Shown: positions 15,220 to 24,783 of the stretch, one piece after another
Numbering within the stretch: position 1 is the first letter of the stretch
How the letters are laid out: each line of letters begins with the position of its first letter
Assembly: GCA_016208975.1 (NCBI GenBank)
Contig: JACQXA010000001.1
Span: forward strand, 1,834 to 65,833
DNA: 64,000 nucleotides
Direction of reading: 5' to 3'
DNA from: Nitrospinota bacterium
Lineage (GTDB): Bacteria > Nitrospinota_A > UBA7883 > JACRLM01
The notes under the pieces: generated by a model
What the model saw: only the letters and a program-made list of their open reading frames with translations
Told to the model about the DNA's origin: nothing
Database searches by the model: none
Position numbers and translations under genes: made by a program

Positions 15220-15409
15220 TCGTTTAAAAAACCTTATGTTTCATGGGATACGGGATACATGTTACCCGATTTTGCGCCGGTTGCCCATATTTAGCCGCTT
15301 TTAGACAGTGTAGATTTCGGGCTTTTTCATCCCGGCTTTGGGGTTTATACTTAGGTACTGCCAATGGGGCAGAGGATGGTTAACTGAGGGTTTTTTAGCA
15401 AGCAGGCAT

Positions 15410-16876
15410 ATGCCGCAAACGCTTGACGAAGATATATCGCGCCTTGTGAGCCTGGTGGCCAACGTCACCGACGCGTTCACGGCGGCCTTGTTCCTCGTAG
15501 AGGGCAAGAAGGGGGATAAACTCAGGCTTCGCGCCTGCCAGTCCCTTTCCAACAGTGTTGTGCCCGGGGCGGAGTTCCCTGTGGGGCACGGCCTTGTGGG
15601 TTGGGTGGCCAAGACCGGCAAGTTCACCCAGGCCGCGAATTTCAAGAGCGACACTACCACGCTACAGTTCTATTCGAAGGACGAAGACATAAAATCCTTC
15701 GCCGCCGCGCCGGTGCTGGACCATTCCGGCAGGGTGATGGGGGTGTTAAGCGTGGACAGCAAGAAAAACTACGTCTTCACCGAGAAGATGGGGAAGATAC
15801 TGGTGGAATTCGCGGCGGCCCTGGCCAATGTGGTCATCCATGGCCGCAAGCGGATACGCCTCAACGTGGAAGCGATGGCTCTGGACGGCCTGCTGGAGGT
15901 GGTCAACCGCCTTACGGCTTGCGAGACCATCGCCGAGCTGGCCCAAACGTTGCGGGCGGCGGCGCCTCCGCTTATCCCCCACGAGTTGCTGACGCTGGCC
16001 GTGAAATCCTTCGACGACGAGGGGTTCTACCTTGTGGGGATGAACGACCACGGCAATGGCAATAACCGCCATACTGCCTTGCCCCTCACCCATTACAGGA
16101 TGGGCTGGGTTATCCATAATTCCATGCCCGTAAACCTGCCGGAGATAGACGGGGCGCCCATATATCCCGGATGCGGGAACATCTGGCGGTCGTTCATCGG
16201 CGCGCCCATGGTTTCCCACGATCAGACCGTGGGGGCGGTGGCCCTGCTTTCAAGGAAACCGCGGGCTTTCCGTCAGGCGGATTTCAAGGCGTTGCAGATA
16301 CTGGCGGCGGCATGCTCGTCGGCTTTCGTGTGCCTGTACATGCACAACAAGGAGAAAAAATCGGTATTGCGAGACCCGCTCACGCGGCTTGTCACCCATC
16401 GCTATCTTCTGGAGTCCATGGGGCCGGTGGAGAGGTCTTCCGCCGTCCTGGCCATCAACGTGATGAAGTTCGGCATGATAAACGCCGAGCTGGGGCATGA
16501 CGGCGGCGACGAGTTCCTCATGGAGATGGCCGGCAGGCTTAAAAGGCTTGTGGGTGACGATGGGATGGTTTGCCGGTATTACGGCGACAGGTTCCTGGTG
16601 TTCCTTGAAGACCATAGCGCCGAAAAAGCCGTATCGGCGGTGGAGGGGATACTTAAATCCATAGACACCGAGCCGTTCATGGTAAATGGCGCCACGTTCC
16701 TGGCCCCGGTCTCCGTGGGCGTGGCCACAAGCCCCGAAGACGGGCGCGACATGGAGGAACTTATCGCCAAGGCCCATCTGGCCGCCGACAGGTCCAAAAC
16801 ATCCCCTGGCCGGGTGGCGTTCTTTAGCGACACACAAACCCCCCTTCAATTCAAACTGCGTTCACTGGAAAGGTAA
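15410..16876 (+). CDS. GAF-GAF-GGDEF protein (putative diguanylate cyclase)
   Basis: Two GAF-like regions followed by a GGDEF domain with intact GGDEF motif (LGHDGGDEFLM). Start placed at MPQTLDED; the ORF could start at 15338. Confidence 0.75.
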   Translation: MPQTLDEDISRLVSLVANVTDAFTAALFLVEGKKGDKLRLRACQSLSNSVVPGAEFPVGHGLVGWVAKTGKFTQAANFKSDTTTLQFYSKDEDIKSFAAAPVLDHSGRVMGVLSVDSKKNYVFTEKMGKILVEFAAALANVVIHGRKRIRLNVEAMALDGLLEVVNRLTACETIAELAQTLRAAAPPLIPHELLTLAVKSFDDEGFYLVGMNDHGNGNNRHTALPLTHYRMGWVIHNSMPVNLPEIDGAPIYPGCGNIWRSFIGAPMVSHDQTVGAVALLSRKPRAFRQADFKALQILAAACSSAFVCLYMHNKEKKSVLRDPLTRLVTHRYLLESMGPVERSSAVLAINVMKFGMINAELGHDGGDEFLMEMAGRLKRLVGDDGMVCRYYGDRFLVFLEDHSAEKAVSAVEGILKSIDTEPFMVNGATFLAPVSVGVATSPEDGRDMEELIAKAHLAADRSKTSPGRVAFFSDTQTPLQFKLRSLER

Positions 16877-16885
16877 CCCGCCCTG

Positions 16886-17911
16886 ATGTTGTTCGAGAAG
16901 TTATACAATTTTGTCTCCGCCGATATGGCCATGGACCTGGGCACCGCAAACACTCTGGTGCATATCCGGAACAAAGGCATAGTGCTCAACGAGCCTTCGG
17001 TGGTTGTGATCACCAAAAAAGGGGAAAGGCTTTTGGCCATCGGCGCCGAAGCCAAGGCCATGTATGGCAAAACCCCCGACGAATACGTGGCCGTGCGCCC
17101 CATGAAAGACGGAGTGATAGCCGATTTCGATTCCACCCGGAAAATGATCGCCTATTTCATAAAAAAAACGCGCCCCAGCATGTTCACGCTGAAACCCAAA
17201 ATAGTTATCGGCGTGCCTTCGGGCATAACCCAGGTAGAGAAACGGGCCGTCATAGACTCGGCCATGGGGGCGGGGGTGCGGGAGGTGTTCCTGGTGGAGG
17301 AGCCCATGGCCGCGGCCATCGGCACCAAAATGCCCGTGTGGGACTCGGTGGGGAACCTGATAGTGGACATCGGCGGCGGCACCACGGAGGTTGCCATCAT
17401 TTCCATGTTCGCCACGGCCTACTCGGAGTCCATCCGGGTGGCGGGGGATGAGATGGACGAGGCCATCGTGCGCCATGTGCGGCAAAAACACAGCCTGGAC
17501 ATCGGCATTTTCGAGGCGGAGCGGGTGAAGATCGCCATAGGCTCCGCCTTTCCGCAGGAACAGAAAGTAACCACCAAGACGTTTGGCAGAAATATAGTGA
17601 ACGGATTGCCCACCGGGATAGAAATTTCCGACGACGATGTGAGGGAGGCCCTGGAAGAGCCGGTTCGCGCCATCATAGACGCCACCAAGAAGGCCATGGA
17701 AAAAACCACACCGGAATTCGCCCAGGACATTTCCAGCCGGGGCATAGTGCTGGCCGGAGGGGGCGCCCTTCTGAAAGGATTGGGCCAGCGGCTCAAAAAA
17801 GAGCTTCAGGTGCCTGTTTACCGCGCCAAAGACCCCCTCACCGCCGTGGCCAGGGGCGCGGGAATCGTTCTGGAGAAATGGAAGACCTTCAGAAGAGTGA
17901 CCATAAACTAA
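16886..17911 (+). CDS. mreB: rod shape-determining protein MreB
   Basis: 341 aa actin-like ATPase (…DLGTANTLVHI…, …DIGGGTTEVAIIS…). mreC/mreD do not follow. Confidence 0.9.
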   Translation: MLFEKLYNFVSADMAMDLGTANTLVHIRNKGIVLNEPSVVVITKKGERLLAIGAEAKAMYGKTPDEYVAVRPMKDGVIADFDSTRKMIAYFIKKTRPSMFTLKPKIVIGVPSGITQVEKRAVIDSAMGAGVREVFLVEEPMAAAIGTKMPVWDSVGNLIVDIGGGTTEVAIISMFATAYSESIRVAGDEMDEAIVRHVRQKHSLDIGIFEAERVKIAIGSAFPQEQKVTTKTFGRNIVNGLPTGIEISDDDVREALEEPVRAIIDATKKAMEKTTPEFAQDISSRGIVLAGGGALLKGLGQRLKKELQVPVYRAKDPLTAVARGAGIVLEKWKTFRRVTIN

Positions 17912-18157
17912 ATTTTGCGTTGTCCAGACTCTATGCGGTAGGGGGGCGGGAATATTAAATTATCATGGTCTTTGTCTAAAAACTTGATTTTATAAAATGC
18001 CTTTATGTTATACTTTCGGCTCTTTTGTATTTGGAAGGGAATGATACAGTTTTTGCCCTTCCGGAATGGCGGGTTTCCGGTTAAACCGGGAGCTAAAAGA
18101 GCATGGTTGAGGCTGTGCGTTGTACCAAGGTTTGTAGGGATATTTAGGTAGAAGGTC

Positions 18158-19015
18158 ATGTCATCCATAGCTGGGATTATCATCGTTCTGGTGGCCGTTA
18201 TTGGCGGTTACATCATGGAGCACGGTAATCTGGCCATTTTGATCCAGCCGGCGGAAGTCGTGATAATATTCGGCGCGGCTATCGGCGGCGTGGTGATAGC
18301 CTCGCCCCCGGCTGTTATAAAGGCTATCATCCAGGGTTTTAAATACGTCGTTACGGGCAAAACCCGGTCCAAAAAGGATTACGTTGACCTGCTTAAATGC
18401 CTGAACGAAATCATACAGAAAATAAGGAAAGACGGGCTGGCTTCAATTGAAGAGTCCATGGACAAGCCCAATAACAGCCCCATTTTCAAGAAATACCCCG
18501 CTGTGCTGAACAACCATCATGCGGTGGCCTACATAACCGACTCGTTCAGGATAATCAGCACCACGAAAATATCCCCAAACAAGCTGGGCATGCTGATGGA
18601 CACCGAGCTGGACACCCATCACGACGAAATGATGGTGTCGGTGAATTCAGTGAGCAACGTGGCCGACTCGCTCCCCGGCCTGGGTATCGTGGCGGCGGTG
18701 CTGGGCGTGGTGATAACCATGCAGAAAATGAGCGAGCCGCCGGAGGTGCTGGGACACAGCATCGGCGCGGCGCTGGTGGGCACTTTTTTGGGTATCTTGA
18801 TGAGTTACGGTTTCGTGGGGCCTATGGCCAAGAAGCTGGAGCATCTGGTGGCCAACGAGACCCAATACCTGCGTGTCATCCGGGAGATCATAATTGCGTT
18901 TGTCGGCGGGGAGCCGGTGCAGATAGCCATAGAGTTCGGCAGGAAAGTCATCCCCGGCAACGTTAAACCAACCTTCAGCGAGATGGAAGCGGAGCTGAGG
19001 AAAACCAAGGCCTAA
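18158..19015 (+). CDS. motA: MotA/PomA family proton-channel stator protein (orphan, no motB)
   Basis: 285 aa. Two N-terminal and two C-terminal TM segments flank a large cytoplasmic loop, and the C-terminal region matches MotA (…SLPGLGIVAAVLGVVITMQKM…LGHSIGAALVGTFLGILMSYGF…). AT-rich promoter-like region upstream (17912-18157). Confidence 0.8.
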   Translation: MSSIAGIIIVLVAVIGGYIMEHGNLAILIQPAEVVIIFGAAIGGVVIASPPAVIKAIIQGFKYVVTGKTRSKKDYVDLLKCLNEIIQKIRKDGLASIEESMDKPNNSPIFKKYPAVLNNHHAVAYITDSFRIISTTKISPNKLGMLMDTELDTHHDEMMVSVNSVSNVADSLPGLGIVAAVLGVVITMQKMSEPPEVLGHSIGAALVGTFLGILMSYGFVGPMAKKLEHLVANETQYLRVIREIIIAFVGGEPVQIAIEFGRKVIPGNVKPTFSEMEAELRKTKA

Positions 19016-19143
19016 AAGCCCCGGATTCCCGGATAACGCTGGTGAAAAATCGCGTCATGGTGAGCCTCGCCGAACCATGACACGCAACATTATTGCCACC
19101 CCTCGGCAGGCTCGGGGTGACAACGGATTAAAACCCCGCCCGG

Positions 19144-20664
19144 TTATTTCGAGTAGTAAGACTCCAACGCCACGGCCAGCGCCTCGGTGGTATAGTCTTT
19201 CGGCTCTATCGAAGGCTCCAGCCCGAATTTTCTGGCCGTGTCCGACGTGATGGGGCCGATGGACGCCACCTTAACGCCATTCATCAACCGGACAGCCTCT
19301 TCCTTGCCGAACATATCCATGAAGTTGGACACGGTGGAGGATGAGGTGAAAGTCACCGCGTCCACCCGGTTTTCGCTGAACAGCTTTACCATCTCGTCTT
19401 TTAACGCCGCCGGTTTCACCGTTTCATAGGCTTCCGCCACGGTGACATTGGCGCCTAGCTTTACGAGCTCTTCGGGAAGTACCTCGCGGGCCACTTTGGC
19501 GCGGGGTATAAGGATATTTTTGCCCTTCAGGTTTTCGCCACCCAGCGCGCCAAGGATGGCTTCGGCCCGGTACTCCGATGGCACGGCCGCCACCCGCACG
19601 CCAAGGTTTTCGATAGCCTCGGCGGTTTTGGGGCCGATGGCGCAAATTTGGGGGCCTTTGAGCTCGCGGATGTCCGACCCGCGCTCTTTGAGCCTTTGCA
19701 GGAAATAACGCACACCGTTAACTGATGTGAAGATGACCCAGTCAAACTGCGGCAATCTTTCAATGGCCGCGTCCAGGCTATCCCACGAATCCGGTTGTTT
19801 GGTCTCGATGGTGGGAAACTCTATAACGTCCGCGCCGGATTTTTTGAGTCTGTCAGCGAAAACCGAGGCCTGCTCCCGGGCGCGGGTTACAACTATCTTC
19901 CTGCCGAACAACGGTTTTTTCTCGAACCAGTCCAGCGTGGGTTTTAAACTTACCACGTCTCCCACCACGGTGAGGGCGGGGGGTTTTATGCCCGCCTTGG
20001 CCACCTTCTCCACGATATCGGCCAGTGTGCCGGTTACCGTTTTCTGCTCCGGCGTGGTGCCCCAGCGGATAACCGCCACGGGAGTGCTGGCGGCCCTGCC
20101 GTTTTTCGTGAGGTTGTCCACGATGTTGGGCAGGTTTTTTACGCCCATGAAGAACACCAGCGTGCCAATCCCTGTGGCCAGCTTGTCCCAATGGATGTTC
20201 GACTCTTCCTTGGTAGGGTCCTCATGCCCGGTTACAAAGGCCACGGTGGCGGTGAAATCCCGATGGGTGAGTGGGATACCCGAATAAGCGGACGCGGCCA
20301 CCGCCGCCGTAACGCCCGGAACAACCTCGTACCGTAAACCGGCCTTTATAAGCTCCTCGGCCTCCTCGCCGCCCCGGCCGAAAATGAACGGGTCGCCCCC
20401 TTTTAAGCGGGCCACGCTTTTCCCGGCGCGGCATTTTTCCACCAGCAGGCTGTTGATGTTTTCCTGGGTCATGGTATGGGCGCCGCCCATCTTGCCAACG
20501 TAGATTACCTCGGCGTCTTTCCGCGCGAAATCCAGCAGGCGCGGGTTGGCCAGGTAGTCATAAACAACAACGTCGGCTTCTTCTATAAGGGCGCGGCCTT
20601 TCAACGTAAGCAGGCCAGGGTCGCCGGGACCGGCCCCGATCAGATAAACGATACCTTCAGGCAT
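19144..20664 (-). CDS. cobA: uroporphyrinogen-III C-methyltransferase / uroporphyrinogen-III synthase fusion (CobA-HemD)
   Basis: 506 aa. N-terminal SUMT domain ([18 protein letters not shown]…) and C-terminal HemD-like domain. Confidence 0.85.
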   Translation of the reverse strand: MPEGIVYLIGAGPGDPGLLTLKGRALIEEADVVVYDYLANPRLLDFARKDAEVIYVGKMGGAHTMTQENINSLLVEKCRAGKSVARLKGGDPFIFGRGGEEAEELIKAGLRYEVVPGVTAAVAASAYSGIPLTHRDFTATVAFVTGHEDPTKEESNIHWDKLATGIGTLVFFMGVKNLPNIVDNLTKNGRAASTPVAVIRWGTTPEQKTVTGTLADIVEKVAKAGIKPPALTVVGDVVSLKPTLDWFEKKPLFGRKIVVTRAREQASVFADRLKKSGADVIEFPTIETKQPDSWDSLDAAIERLPQFDWVIFTSVNGVRYFLQRLKERGSDIRELKGPQICAIGPKTAEAIENLGVRVAAVPSEYRAEAILGALGGENLKGKNILIPRAKVAREVLPEELVKLGANVTVAEAYETVKPAALKDEMVKLFSENRVDAVTFTSSSTVSNFMDMFGKEEAVRLMNGVKVASIGPITSDTARKFGLEPSIEPKDYTTEALAVALESYYSK

Positions 20665-20699
20665 AAATTCTCACTATAAAAAGAGTGACGACAAAAAAA

Positions 20700-21110
20700 A
20701 TGAAGAGGCCGGTTGTAAGCCGGATTTTGTGCCGGAACCCCGAAAGGTTCCGATGACGGCCATTCCTCTAGCCGCTCCGTTGCCGGGCGGTCCAGCGGCC
20801 TACCCGGAAGCGTAAGACGAGCCGCCTTATGCCTGGCCTTTCAGCCAGGCGCGCTTCCCTATTTGGCCTTGCGCCAGGCAGGGCTTGCCATGCCAGCGAT
20901 GTCGCCACCGCCGCGGTGGGCTCTTACCCCACCATTTCACCCTTACCGCGCCCGCCGGGTTAACGGCAGGCGGTAGGCGGTATGCTTTCTGTTGCGCTTT
21001 CCCTGGGGTTGCCCCCGCTCTCCGTTAGGGAGTGCCTTGCTCTATGGCGTCCGGACTTTCCTCCCGCCCTTGCCAAAGGCAAGAGCCAGCGGCCGTCCCC
21101 CAGCCTCTTC
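20700..21110 (-). ncRNA. rnpB: RNase P RNA (bacterial type A), not covered by any ORF
   Basis: Minus strand reads GAAGAGGCUGG…GGGAGGAAAGUCCGGACGCCAUAG…ACAGAAAGCAUACCGCC…GGUAAGGGUGAAAUGGUGGGGUAAGAGCCCACCGCG…CAAGGCCAAAUAGGGAAG…ACAAAAUCCGGCUUACAACCGGCCUCUUC. Universally conserved P4 strands (GGAAAGUCCGG / CCGGCUUA) and the AGGGUGAAA/GGUAAGAGC loops are present. The ends pair as a P1 helix. Confidence 0.85.
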
Positions 21111-21115
21111 GTTTA

Positions 21116-21859
21116 CTATTGTACCTGTTTTTCAGGGGCCTTTTCTTCAGCGGCTTCCGGTTCGCAATAAAGATACCGGTTACAGTGGGGGCATTGGATT
21201 ATCTCGTCCGAATACCTCACCTGGTAATAAAGCTGGGGAGGTATCATCTGGTTGCATCCGTTGCACAGCCTGTCTTTCACCGGGGTGACGCCAACCCCCT
21301 GCCGGGCCTTTAGCACCCTTTCGTAGCTGGAAAGGATGGAAGGGGCGATGCCCGCCATCAACTGGCCGCGTTTTTCCTGAAGCTCATCAACCGTCATTTT
21401 CAGTTCGCCGATGGCGGATTCTATTTCAGCCACCTGACCGCCGATACGTTTTTCGTCCACCTTTACGGCCTCTTCCACAGTCTTGCGTGAGCCGCCGTGG
21501 CTTTCCATCTTTTCCATCAGCTCCAGCTGTTTGTCGTCCAGCGCGCTTATCTGATGCTCGAACGTTTCTATTTCCTTGAGGACGGCGCGGTATTCCACGT
21601 TGGTCTTAACGGCGGGAAGCTTGGATTTGGCCTTGGCTATGTGGTCTTTTACAGATTCCACCTCCATCTCCAGCTTTCTTTTATCCTTTTTTTCCTCTTC
21701 AATGGCCTTGTCGAAATCTTTCAGCTTTTGCCGGGCCGCCTCAATCTCCGCCTGCAGGGTCTTTACCTGTTGGGGGTGGGACTGCAGGAGGGCGGATTTC
21801 CGCTGTATCTCGGCGTCGAGCTTCTGAAGGTTTACAAGCCGCTCCAGGTCGGGGTTCAT
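21116..21859 (-). CDS. C4-type zinc-ribbon / coiled-coil protein (DUF164/COG1579-like)
   Basis: Start at MNPDLERL. Long coiled coil followed by C-terminal CNGCNQ…CPHCNRYLY zinc ribbon. Lies immediately downstream of rnpB. Confidence 0.65.
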   Translation of the reverse strand: MNPDLERLVNLQKLDAEIQRKSALLQSHPQQVKTLQAEIEAARQKLKDFDKAIEEEKKDKRKLEMEVESVKDHIAKAKSKLPAVKTNVEYRAVLKEIETFEHQISALDDKQLELMEKMESHGGSRKTVEEAVKVDEKRIGGQVAEIESAIGELKMTVDELQEKRGQLMAGIAPSILSSYERVLKARQGVGVTPVKDRLCNGCNQMIPPQLYYQVRYSDEIIQCPHCNRYLYCEPEAAEEKAPEKQVQ

Positions 21860-22126
21860 CGGTGTCCTTCCTGTGTACTGTAATGGGCCACCGCCAGCCA
21901 AACTTTTTGGCGTTCCGGCGGCTAAACAATGAATATTAGCAAAGCGGGGGGACAGAATCAAAATTCTTTTATGGTGTTATTTGCTCCTATGATTATTGAA
22001 TCAGGGGACAGCCTGCATACAGCCGGTCATCCCGGCCAAGCGAAGCGCGAGCCGGGATCGGGGCTTCCGCGCCGGTAAAATATTGAAGCCCGGCATGACA
22101 ATATCTCCAATTAAATCTCCAAGCCA

Positions 22127-22279
22127 GGCGTCAACTCTCCAAGGCCGGTGGTGTCCCAGTTTGAATCTCAAATAACAGACAGATCCTTCACTTCGCTTGC
22201 GCTTCGCCCAGGATGACAATGTTATCAACGGCTGTTATATTGTCATTCTGGGCGTAAGTGGAGAATCTCCCCTGTGCTT
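22127..22279 (+). repeat. ~140-150 bp palindromic MITE/REP-like element, copy A
   Basis: ~93% identical to the reverse complement of 26365-26515. Contains internal inverted repeat CAGGATGACAAT…ATTGTCATTCTG and the flanking arms TTCACTTCGCTTGCGCTTCGC / GCGTAAGTGGAGAA. Confidence 0.75.
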
Positions 22280-22380
22280 TCAAACCGGGATACTACCCCA
22301 AGGCCAAATTCCTTGACTTAAAATAGCCGCTCCAGCATACTTGAACTTCGTTTAAAACCCATTGGTAAGCATCGGTAAAA

Positions 22381-23418
22381 GTGGCTCATCTAAATTCCAC
22401 CCGCCCCAAATCAGGCGATTTGGCCAATCCTGCGGCGTCCCGGTACGCCAGCGCAGTTGCGTTGTACGCGCAGGACCTGGAGAGGGTGGAGCGGGAGATA
22501 AACGCCAATTTCCATTCCGATGTGGCGTTAATACCGAAAGTTAGCGCATACCTGGCCGGGGGCGGAGGAAAGCGGATACGCCCTTTGCTGGTTATAGCCT
22601 CATCCCGCCTTTGCGGTTACACTGGAGCCATCCGTCAGATCACCCATTCGGTGGTGGCTGAATACATCCATGCGGCCACCCTTTTGCATGACGATGTGGT
22701 GGACGAGGCGGAGCTTCGCCGGGGCGCCCAGTCGGCCAATATGAAGTTCGGCAACGAGGCTTCGGTGCTTGTAGGGGATTTTCTTTTCGCCAAATCGTTC
22801 CAGCTGATGAGCGACGATGGCGACATCCGCATAATACAGACCGTGGCGGAAGCCACCCGCAACCTGGCGGAAGGTGAGGTGCTCCAGCTTGTGAACACCA
22901 TGAACCTGGAGATCACTGAAGATATCTATCTGGACACCATATATCGCAAGACCGGCGCCCTCATAGAGGCCTGTTGCAGAATAGGGGCTATTCTCGGTGG
23001 CTCTCCCACAGAGCGGGAGGAGGCGCTGGCCGGATACGGACGCGACATAGGCATGGCCTTCCAACTGGTGGACGACGCGTTGGACTACGCCGGGGAAAAA
23101 TCGGCCTGGGGTAAACCTATCGGGGCCGACCTGGCGGAAGGGAAGGTTACCATGCCGCTTATCCGGGCGATCCAGATGGCCGGTGACGCTGAACGGGAGG
23201 ACATAGCCAGCCTGATGGAATCAGACGAGGAGTTGGGGCCAAGGCTGGACCGTATCATGATGATACTTAAAAAATACGACACCATCTCCACCACGCTGGA
23301 GATGGCAAGAGGCTACGCCGCCTCGGCCCGGGAGCGGCTTATATCCGCTTTTGAGCCCTCAATCCACCTGACATCCCTGCTGGACGTGGCGGATTATATT
23401 GTGGAAAGAAAGGTTTGA
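22381..23418 (+). CDS. ispB: polyprenyl diphosphate synthase (IspB-like, trans-type)
   Basis: Both Asp-rich motifs present (LLHDDVVDEAELRRG and FQLVDDALD). GTG start at 22381; an internal start nearer 22466 is possible. Confidence 0.8.
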   Translation: MAHLNSTRPKSGDLANPAASRYASAVALYAQDLERVEREINANFHSDVALIPKVSAYLAGGGGKRIRPLLVIASSRLCGYTGAIRQITHSVVAEYIHAATLLHDDVVDEAELRRGAQSANMKFGNEASVLVGDFLFAKSFQLMSDDGDIRIIQTVAEATRNLAEGEVLQLVNTMNLEITEDIYLDTIYRKTGALIEACCRIGAILGGSPTEREEALAGYGRDIGMAFQLVDDALDYAGEKSAWGKPIGADLAEGKVTMPLIRAIQMAGDAEREDIASLMESDEELGPRLDRIMMILKKYDTISTTLEMARGYAASARERLISAFEPSIHLTSLLDVADYIVERKV

Positions 23419-23497
23419 CCCTCTTTTCCCTGGCAACGTGTCCAAACGCCGTTTACCCGAATTTGATTGCATGCTTCCCCCCGGATGGAATATCATT

Positions 23498-23526
23498 TTA
23501 GTTAACTAACGCCGTCCGGTTAGTTA
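23498..23526 (+). promoter_or_regulatory. candidate operator: perfect 12-bp palindrome TTAGTTAACTAA plus TTAGTTA half-site 10 bp downstream, upstream of NMO-family gene
   Basis: TTAGTTAACTAA (23498-23509), CGCCGTCCGG spacer, TTAGTTA (23520-23526), ~45 bp upstream of the ATG at 23571. Confidence 0.3.
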
Positions 23527-23570
23527 CCGCCTGGCGAATATCATCAATACAAACAACAAGGCATTTAACA

Positions 23571-24761
23571 TTGACTGACCTCCAGAATATCACCCAGCCA
23601 TTGCCTCCTCTCACTATAAGGAGCCATCATCCTGACTCTACCAGGGAGATAGTTCTGCGAACTCCGGTCATCAATGGTGGCATGGGAGTGGGGGTCACCG
23701 GCCCCGAATTAGCGGCGGCCATCACTAACGAAGGCGGTGGCGGCGTGATTACGGGTGTGGCTCTAGGATACCCATTCCAAGTTATCTTGAATAAATACGT
23801 TGATAAAAAGCCTTTCGAGGCCAACAGCCTGGCCCTGATGGACTGGATAGCCGACACAAAGAAAAAATGCAACAACGGTTTCGTTGGCGTGAACATAATG
23901 GTGGCGGTGAACGATTTCAAGGATCTGGCATATAACGCCGCCAAGGCCGGAGTGGACCTTATCGTGGCTGGCGCCGGGCTTCCCATGGCGTTGCCGGACA
24001 TAGTCTCCAAATTCCCGGACACTATGATAGCCCCCATCATCTCATCGGTTAAAGCGGCCCGTGTAATGGTTCGCCGGTGGCTTTCCCGCCATAGGCCGCC
24101 AGACGCTATCGTATATGAATCCATACATCATTCCGGCGGGCATCAGGGTGGCGATCTTTCGGAGATAGCCGCTGGGGCGAATCAGCCGGAGGAAGTTATA
24201 GGCGGCGTCCGTCAACTGTTGGACGAAAACGGGTTGCAGGACGTGCCGGTAATCGCCGCTGGAGGCGTGTGGGACAAGGTGGATATCCTTAAGTACCTTT
24301 CGTGGGGGGCGCAAGGGGTGCAGATGTCCTCCAGGTTCGTTCTAACCCACGAGGCGGGAGCGGAGTTCGGCGGCATACCGCTGTTCAAAAAGCTTTATAT
24401 GGACAACAACATCCCCACGATACTGGAACGGAGCCCGGCTGGTCTTCCCGGCAGGGCCATCGCCACGCCGTTTTCCAAACGATACGCTTATGCCAACGTG
24501 GACATGGTGAATGAAGAGCACGACTGTCCCTCGGCGTGCCTGGCCAGTTGCGACAAGCAAAAGTCCATCTATTGCATCCTCTATCATCTTACCGAGGCGT
24601 TGAGGAACAATTACGAGGAAGGGCTGTTCTTTGCGGGCTCTAACGTGGGGAAACCGGGCATAATAAAGGAAATCCTGTCGGTGAAAGAACTGATGCGGCG
24701 TCTTGAGGAGGGTGAGCCTGGCGTAATATCCCCCTCACAGGTGGCCGCCGCGGCCCTGTAA
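23571..24761 (+). CDS. nitronate monooxygenase / FabK-like FMN oxidoreductase family protein with Cys-rich C-terminal extension
   Basis: NMO-type motifs (PVINGGMGVGVTGPELAAAITNEGGGGVITG). ~70-aa C-terminal extension with CPSACLASCDKQKSIYC. Confidence 0.7.
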   Translation: MTDLQNITQPLPPLTIRSHHPDSTREIVLRTPVINGGMGVGVTGPELAAAITNEGGGGVITGVALGYPFQVILNKYVDKKPFEANSLALMDWIADTKKKCNNGFVGVNIMVAVNDFKDLAYNAAKAGVDLIVAGAGLPMALPDIVSKFPDTMIAPIISSVKAARVMVRRWLSRHRPPDAIVYESIHHSGGHQGGDLSEIAAGANQPEEVIGGVRQLLDENGLQDVPVIAAGGVWDKVDILKYLSWGAQGVQMSSRFVLTHEAGAEFGGIPLFKKLYMDNNIPTILERSPAGLPGRAIATPFSKRYAYANVDMVNEEHDCPSACLASCDKQKSIYCILYHLTEALRNNYEEGLFFAGSNVGKPGIIKEILSVKELMRRLEEGEPGVISPSQVAAAAL

Positions 24762-24783
24762 CCATGTAAAACCACTCCGGCGC

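Noticed and set aside
17912-18157. Possible small RNA in the AT-rich mreB-motA spacer
   Set aside because: Only promoter-like TTGATT / TATACT elements and no convincing terminator hairpin, so it is more simply the motA promoter/5'UTR.
20982-21313. Small ORFs (62-98 aa) overlapping 20982-21313
   Set aside because: They sit on the rnpB (RNase P RNA) gene, whose structured-RNA sequence explains the region.
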